Below, piece after piece: positions 14,973 to 20,087 of a stretch of 20,087 nucleotides of DNA (positions are counted from its first letter, which is position 1; the number at the start of each line of letters is the position of its first letter). This DNA is from a virus: positions 1 through 20,087 of the IMG/VR virus record IMGVR_UViG_3300022227_000002; one strand, written 5' to 3'. Both the position numbers and the translations under genes were made by a program. Under the pieces are notes generated by a model that had not been told where the DNA came from, did not search any database, and worked only from the letters and a program-made list of their open reading frames with translations.

Positions 14973-16740
14973 AAACCTCCATATCGTTAGCGTATGACGT
15001 AAATCCATTTTCTTTTATTACTTTAAGTACATTATTCACACGTCCTATTAATTCATCTTTGTGACTTATAAGGAATATGTTTTTACTTCTTTCTCTACTC
15101 ATCTTTTTAAGAATTGCTAAAGAACTTTCTACTCCTGCTACATCCATACCACTATCTATTAATTCATCTATAAACAATAAATTAATTTGTTGATATAAAT
15201 TTTCCCAAACATCTCTAAATGCAAAACTTAATCCTAATATTAATCTGTTTCTTTCACCTCTACTTAAATTATCAAAGTCTAAATCTTGTCCTAATTGTGT
15301 TATTTCTACAGTTAAATCGTTTTTAAATGTAACAATATGAGGTAAACCTAATTGATCCAAATATTTCATTAATCTACTATTAAGGAATCCTAGATTTTGA
15401 TCTATAATTTTCTTTCTAATAAAACTGTCTTTGTTAGTTAATAACTTCATTAAAAACTCTTGGTGTTCTTTTAGTGTTTGCATTGTATTAACATTATCCC
15501 ATTTAATTTCTTGTACTGCTTGATTTTTAAGTTCATTAACTTGGTCAGTGTAAGGATTTTCATCTAAATATTTTGTTTTAAGATTTGATTTTAAATTATC
15601 TAAATGGTTTTTATGTTCATATGCATCTGTAACTGTATCATAAAATGTTTCAGGTTTGGTTCCAAGTTTTCCTAATTTTCCTATTTCATTTTCAACTTTA
15701 CTTAATTTTATACTTAAATCTATAACATAACTATTTGCTTCGCCATATTCTTCTTCTAATGTTCTTTGCATACCTCTTATTTTTTCTATTGGTAAATCTT
15801 GACCACAAGCATAACATATAGCTTCTTTATGTAAACCTTCTAAATCTATATCTATTTTCTTTGCAACTTTGTCGGATTGTTCAATTGTAGATTCATAATT
15901 TTCTACATCTGTTTGTAATTGCATTATTTTGTCATTAAGTTTATTCCAAGATTCTAATTCTTTATGTAATTTTAATTCTTTTTCAATATCTACAGATTCT
16001 AATTTTTTAATAGTGTCTTGCATATCTTTTAAATCTACTTGTTTTTGTGTTTCCCATGCTTTTGATTTATTTGTAAGTGATACTATTGTTTCTTCAATTC
16101 TATCATTGCTAATTTTAATTTGTTCTAATCTTGCAGTTTCTAATGCAATTTCTTCTTTCATTCCTTTAATTTTTTCTTTAAGTATTGCCGCCTTTTCAGA
16201 TAATAATGTTATACCCAATAATTGTTCAATTATATCCTGTTGTTCTGTATGATGTAAACTTAAAAAAGGTTGTGTATATGTGTTTAAAGCAACAATATGT
16301 TTAAACATCCTTGAACTTATACCCAGCATACGGCTTATATCTTCTTGTGTTTTTCTGCTGTCTCCTTGGGCATCTTCGGACATTTCTTGTTCTTGATCAT
16401 TTACATAATACTTCAATATGTTTGGTTTTCGTCCACGTTCTATTCTATATTTTGTTGATGCTTTTTCAAAAGTTATTGTAACCATCATATTTTTATTATT
16501 GGTTTTGTTAACTAAATTATCTCTTTTAATTTTGGTTAATGCTTCACCAAATAATGCATAACTTAAAGCATTTATAATGGTTGTTTTACCTGTACCATTT
16601 CTACTTCCAGCGTCATCACCACCCATATCAAGATTTTCTCCTAATACTAATGTTAGTAATTGTTGTTGGAAATTTATTGCTTGGGTTTGTTGTCCCACGC
16701 TCATGAAATTTTTTACTGTCAGGTTATTAATTTTAATCAT
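14953..16740 (-). CDS. gp46: Recombination endonuclease ATPase subunit gp46 (Rad50/SbcC)
   Basis: KNFMS, Walker A NGTGKTT, coiled coil with Zn-hook CYAC, signature LSRGE, Walker B LLFIDE, ISH. Confidence 0.95.
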   Translation of the reverse strand: MIKINNLTVKNFMSVGQQTQAINFQQQLLTLVLGENLDMGGDDAGSRNGTGKTTIINALSYALFGEALTKIKRDNLVNKTNNKNMMVTITFEKASTKYRIERGRKPNILKYYVNDQEQEMSEDAQGDSRKTQEDISRMLGISSRMFKHIVALNTYTQPFLSLHHTEQQDIIEQLLGITLLSEKAAILKEKIKGMKEEIALETARLEQIKISNDRIEETIVSLTNKSKAWETQKQVDLKDMQDTIKKLESVDIEKELKLHKELESWNKLNDKIMQLQTDVENYESTIEQSDKVAKKIDIDLEGLHKEAICYACGQDLPIEKIRGMQRTLEEEYGEANSYVIDLSIKLSKVENEIGKLGKLGTKPETFYDTVTDAYEHKNHLDNLKSNLKTKYLDENPYTDQVNELKNQAVQEIKWDNVNTMQTLKEHQEFLMKLLTNKDSFIRKKIIDQNLGFLNSRLMKYLDQLGLPHIVTFKNDLTVEITQLGQDLDFDNLSRGERNRLILGLSFAFRDVWENLYQQINLLFIDELIDSGMDVAGVESSLAILKKMSRERSKNIFLISHKDELIGRVNNVLKVIKENGFTSYANDMEVYEPTGR

Positions 16741-17744
16741 TACAAGTCTCTATAAATTGACAACAATACTTTTTTATCGTAGTTGTCAGAATCAATTGCT
16801 TCTATTTCTTTTGAAACAATTTGATCCACAGATTCAAATTTTGTAACATCCAAATCTGTATGAATTTCTTCATCTTTCTTACTAGGTATTAATACAATTT
16901 CTCTACAATTATACTCCTTCATGAAATTTTCTTTAATAAAACTTGCTTCTTCATAACTAATATCTACATCCAAAGTTACTCTTAAATGCATTTTTGGTTT
17001 CATTATTTCTTTTGTTTTATCTAGTAATTCACTTAATTTAACATTTTTATATTTTGGACAGTTCCACCAATTAATATATTCAGGTTCTTTGCCCCATTCT
17101 AAAAACATCATTCCTCTTTCATTGTCATCAACATCTGCGTAATTGTGTGGCATAGCATTACCAATATAAGTTATATTTTTAGCTGTTTGTCTTTTATGAA
17201 AGTGTCCAGAAAATACATACTCTTGATTTTTAAAATTAGCAGGCATTAATTCTCCAGTATCTGGCATTTCTATCATAGCGTTCATTAAGAAATGTGGTAA
17301 TTCAAAATGTCCAAACATATATTTGGCTTTTATTTTGGTTACTTTTTTCCATTCATCACCAATCATCCATGGAACCATAGTTACCTCTCCTATAGTAGTG
17401 ACTTCATTAACAATAGTAATACCTGGAATAAATTTTCCAAATTCTACAGAATGAATATCTCGTTTATCTTTAAAGTATAAATCGTGATTACCCGGAAAAA
17501 AATAAAAATTTTTAAAAGCCTTACCTAATTTTTCTAAACTTCTTAAAGAAGCGTCCATAGTTGTTAAATTTAATGAATTTCTATTATGATGCCAATCACC
17601 GCAAAACATTCCTGTTTCACAACCTCGTTCTTTGGCTTGTTCTATATACCAATCTATAAATTCTTCGCAATCGTTATTATGAATTTTTGAATTTGATTTT
17701 AGTCCAAAATGAATGTCCGTGAATACTGCTAATTTTTTAAACAA
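16740..17744 (-). CDS. gp47: Recombination endonuclease subunit gp47 (Mre11/SbcD)
   Basis: Phosphoesterase motifs DIHFG, GDWHH, GNHD, GHFE, SGHFH; TTG start 7 nt after AGGAG; TAATG overlap with gp46. Confidence 0.95.
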   Translation of the reverse strand: MFKKLAVFTDIHFGLKSNSKIHNNDCEEFIDWYIEQAKERGCETGMFCGDWHHNRNSLNLTTMDASLRSLEKLGKAFKNFYFFPGNHDLYFKDKRDIHSVEFGKFIPGITIVNEVTTIGEVTMVPWMIGDEWKKVTKIKAKYMFGHFELPHFLMNAMIEMPDTGELMPANFKNQEYVFSGHFHKRQTAKNITYIGNAMPHNYADVDDNERGMMFLEWGKEPEYINWWNCPKYKNVKLSELLDKTKEIMKPKMHLRVTLDVDISYEEASFIKENFMKEYNCREIVLIPSKKDEEIHTDLDVTKFESVDQIVSKEIEAIDSDNYDKKVLLSIYRDL

Positions 17745-17775
17745 GTCATATCTCCTGTATTTTAGTTTGCTCTTT

Positions 17776-17804
17776 AGTTTAAACTAAATTTATTTTTATG
17801 TCAA
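17776..17804 (-). promoter_or_regulatory. Sigma70-type promoter TTGACA-N17-TAAACT for gp47-gp46
   Basis: -35 at 17799-17804, -10 at 17776-17781. Confidence 0.75.
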
Positions 17805-17806
17805 CC

Positions 17807-18658
17807 TTAACGGCTTTTTTTCTTAACCGGTTTCTTTGTAGGAGTTGGTGGAGGTGGTGTTCCGGGTGCTGTATTGGAAGCCTGAGCTTGTCTGGTGCTA
17901 CTAGGCATCATATCATTCATTTCCAATATATCATCTCTAATATTTTGATTTCTTTTTTCGATATTAATAATTCGAACAAATGAATTTGTAACTGCCGCTG
18001 TATAGTATGCAAAAGGGTTATTAGATTTTGATTCATCAAATTGTAAACCAATTTGTGCTAATTGTAATATAGCTTGACCTTGCATTTCATCGTTGTAAGT
18101 ATATCCTCTTACATTACCTCTAGTAGAATAACGTTCACAAAGTTTCATCCACATTTGTGCTAATCTTGTAGTAACTTGACCGATGTCTTTATTAAATTTA
18201 CCATTATGTAATCCACCTTCCCAATGACTTTTTCCTACACATACCAAATTACCAGCTTCGTTATATTTCCAATGTTGAAATGGTGGAAAATTTACTTTAA
18301 TTTTTGTATCTGCAATGGTTCTAGGATTTCTTCTACGTCCAGGCTCATCTGGAATATGATTGTATGTCATTACTCTGAATACTAAATCATTTTTAGGAAT
18401 TTTTTGATATCTTATTTCACAATCACTATATCTTATTTTTGGATTAAGTTTCTTTTGCTTTTCATAGTCTCGTTGGGATATTCTTTTAGCTTGATTACGT
18501 TTAGCTTGGGCTATGGTTCTTACGTTAATTTTCTCTATAAATGGTACTATTAAATCGTATTGGGAGTCGGTTTCGTCAGGAAAACTGCAATAACTGACCT
18601 TGGATCTGTGTATTTCTAACAATAAGTCTTTATTATTTAGGTAATTTACTTTTTTCAT
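17807..18658 (-). CDS. gp55: Late-transcription sigma factor, T4 gp55 family
   Basis: NYLNNKDLL at the N-terminus; RGYTYNDEM, FDESKSNNPFAYYT, FVRIINIEKR; upstream of gp47/gp46 as in T4-like phages. Confidence 0.88.
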   Translation of the reverse strand: MKKVNYLNNKDLLLEIHRSKVSYCSFPDETDSQYDLIVPFIEKINVRTIAQAKRNQAKRISQRDYEKQKKLNPKIRYSDCEIRYQKIPKNDLVFRVMTYNHIPDEPGRRRNPRTIADTKIKVNFPPFQHWKYNEAGNLVCVGKSHWEGGLHNGKFNKDIGQVTTRLAQMWMKLCERYSTRGNVRGYTYNDEMQGQAILQLAQIGLQFDESKSNNPFAYYTAAVTNSFVRIINIEKRNQNIRDDILEMNDMMPSSTRQAQASNTAPGTPPPPTPTKKPVKKKSR

Positions 18659-18681
18659 AGAATACTTTGTAATTAGTCTAC

Positions 18682-18710
18682 ATTATAAACAGAGCACTTA
18701 ATTTTGTCAA
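18682..18710 (-). promoter_or_regulatory. Perfect sigma70 consensus promoter TTGACA-N17-TATAAT for gp55
   Basis: -35 at 18705-18710, -10 at 18682-18687. Confidence 0.9.
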
Positions 18711-18717
18711 CTAAATA
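18710..18717 (+). promoter_or_regulatory. Late box ACTAAATA for baseplate genes
   Basis: 16 nt upstream of ATG 18734; SD AGGAG at 18725-18729. Confidence 0.6.
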
Positions 18718-18733
18718 TTTGCATAGGAGTATT

Positions 18734-19660
18734 ATGGCATTCAGTAGTGATAACATAACAAATAAGGTTAAACAAAATGCAGAGTCTTATGCTAAAGGAT
18801 TCAACAAAGGAGCTAACCTAAAAAAAACAGCTAACCTACTTGCGTCCAATGTTAAAGACGGTTTATCTAGTGCTGTGGGTAAATTTAAAAGAACAACCAA
18901 TTCTATAATTTCAAAATTAATGGATGGAATACCAGATAACTTATTGGCTAAAAAAATGACTGAAGCCAAATTGATTACTAAATCTGGAGAACAAGATTGG
19001 CGAGTAAGATTAAGTTTACCAGCAGATTATCAAAGAATGACAGGTCAAGATGATCTTTTGGCTCCTTTATTAGATACAGCAGGATTAGTATTTCCTACAA
19101 ACCCAACAGTACTTGTTTCACATGAAGCAAATTATAATTCATTACACCCTGTTCATACAAACTATCCTTTTTGGGCTTATCAAAATAGTGCAATAGGACA
19201 AATTACAATTACTGCAAATTTTCCTGTACAAAATTCTTTAGAAGCTAGATATTGGGTAGCTTGTATTCATTATTTGAGAAGTGTAACAAAAATGAATTAT
19301 GGACAAGGACCTAATGCAGGTTCTCCCCCACCAGTAGTAAGATTTAATGGATATGGTGATTATGTTTTTAAAAATGTACCAGTTATAGTTACAAGTTTTC
19401 AATTTGATATGCCACAAGATGTAGATTATATTAGCTGTGGCTTTAAAGAAGACGCGGCTTCTAATAATCCAATTCATAATAGTGAACAGTTCCAAGAAGC
19501 AAGTGGAAAACCAGAATCAGGTCCATCATCTTGGGCACCGTCAACAAGTTTATTAACAGTATCAGTTGTTCCTCAATACAGCAGAAGAGATGTTTCTAAA
19601 TTTGATATGAAGAGTTTTGTTAAAGGTGAATATGGATCAGGAGATACAGGATTTATTTAA
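18734..19660 (+). CDS. Baseplate/tail-tube initiator-type protein (gp48/gp54-like)
   Basis: Start moved from TTG 18704 to ATG 18734 because of SD AGGAG; FP..P.V...H.ANY, G.PPPVVRFNGYG.YVFKNVPVIVTSF motifs of contractile-tail tube-initiator proteins. Confidence 0.65.
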   Translation: MAFSSDNITNKVKQNAESYAKGFNKGANLKKTANLLASNVKDGLSSAVGKFKRTTNSIISKLMDGIPDNLLAKKMTEAKLITKSGEQDWRVRLSLPADYQRMTGQDDLLAPLLDTAGLVFPTNPTVLVSHEANYNSLHPVHTNYPFWAYQNSAIGQITITANFPVQNSLEARYWVACIHYLRSVTKMNYGQGPNAGSPPPVVRFNGYGDYVFKNVPVIVTSFQFDMPQDVDYISCGFKEDAASNNPIHNSEQFQEASGKPESGPSSWAPSTSLLTVSVVPQYSRRDVSKFDMKSFVKGEYGSGDTGFI

Positions 19661-19662
19661 TT

Positions 19663-19968
19663 ATGGCAAATAAAGTTTATTCAAAAACTAGTCCTTGGCA
19701 TTCAACAGATATGGAACCAACTCGTTTAGGACATTTTAAAATAAGACCTGTTCCTGAAAGTGGTGATGATTTTTTATATACAGTAGAACCTCAATATAAT
19801 CATAGACCAGATTTATTAGCTTATGACATTTACGATAATCCTAAATTATGGTGGGTGTTTGCTCAAAGAAATATGAACGTCTTAAAAGATCCAGTATTTG
19901 ATTTAGAACCTGGTGTAGAAATTTATATTCCACAAGGACCTAGATTAAGAGAATTATTGGGATTATAA
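19663..19968 (+). CDS. Baseplate wedge protein, gp53-like (LysM-like fold)
   Basis: RPDLLAYDIYDNPKLWWVFA..N..DP..D...G..IYIP. Confidence 0.8.
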   Translation: MANKVYSKTSPWHSTDMEPTRLGHFKIRPVPESGDDFLYTVEPQYNHRPDLLAYDIYDNPKLWWVFAQRNMNVLKDPVFDLEPGVEIYIPQGPRLRELLGL

Positions 19969-19969
19969 A

Positions 19970-20087
19970 ATGACAGGAGCAAAAGTACTTAAAGCACAGT
20001 CTAAAAAGATTGAAAACAAAGTCAATGCTGTCACAACTAAAGTAGCAAAAGATGCCTTTCATGGAAAAATCTCACAGGCTGATATGA
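19970..20087 (+). CDS. Start of the next gene (probably baseplate/tail), truncated by the window
   Basis: ATG 1 nt after the gp53-like stop; open to the end (MTGAKVLKAQSKKIENKVNAVTTKVAKDAFHGKISQADM). Confidence 0.6.
   Translation, partial: MTGAKVLKAQSKKIENKVNAVTTKVAKDAFHGKISQADM

Noticed and set aside
17729-17749. Out-of-frame ATG just upstream of the gp47 TTG start (6-codon mini-ORF or possible indel)
   Set aside because: The ATG is only 2 nt from AGGAG while the TTG is at an optimal 7 nt; no frameshift is needed.
13469-19495. Other antisense ORFs (13469, 14501, 15929, 16577, 17798, 18787, 19238)
   Set aside because: They overlap recognised genes on the opposite strand and have no independent support.

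Overview
AT-rich 20 kb segment of a large T4-like (myovirus-type) bacteriophage genome, standard genetic code. It carries: the head module on the minus strand (portal gp20, acidic core protein, protease gp21, scaffold gp22, major capsid gp23); tail and baseplate genes (tape-measure-like, gp26-like/gp51-like pair, gp48/54-like, gp53-like); and a sigma70-driven operon for late sigma gp55, the gp47/gp46 Mre11/Rad50 nuclease, a small basic protein and an Hjc/T5-D14-like resolvase. Most notable observations: (1) two compact tetrapyrrole-pathway enzymes, HemB-like and HemD-like, inserted about 11 kb apart among virion genes; (2) a roughly 370-nt densely base-paired non-coding element where the two transcription directions converge; (3) a T_TTT_TTC -1 frameshift site joining the gp26-like and gp51-like ORFs, as in lambda G/GT tail chaperones; (4) a clear promoter grammar, with TAAATA late boxes (some implying leaderless mRNAs, one pair face-to-face) and near-consensus sigma70 promoters; (5) a cluster of small membrane proteins including an uncalled 33-aa ORF. 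All calls come from motif recognition by eye; no database search was run.
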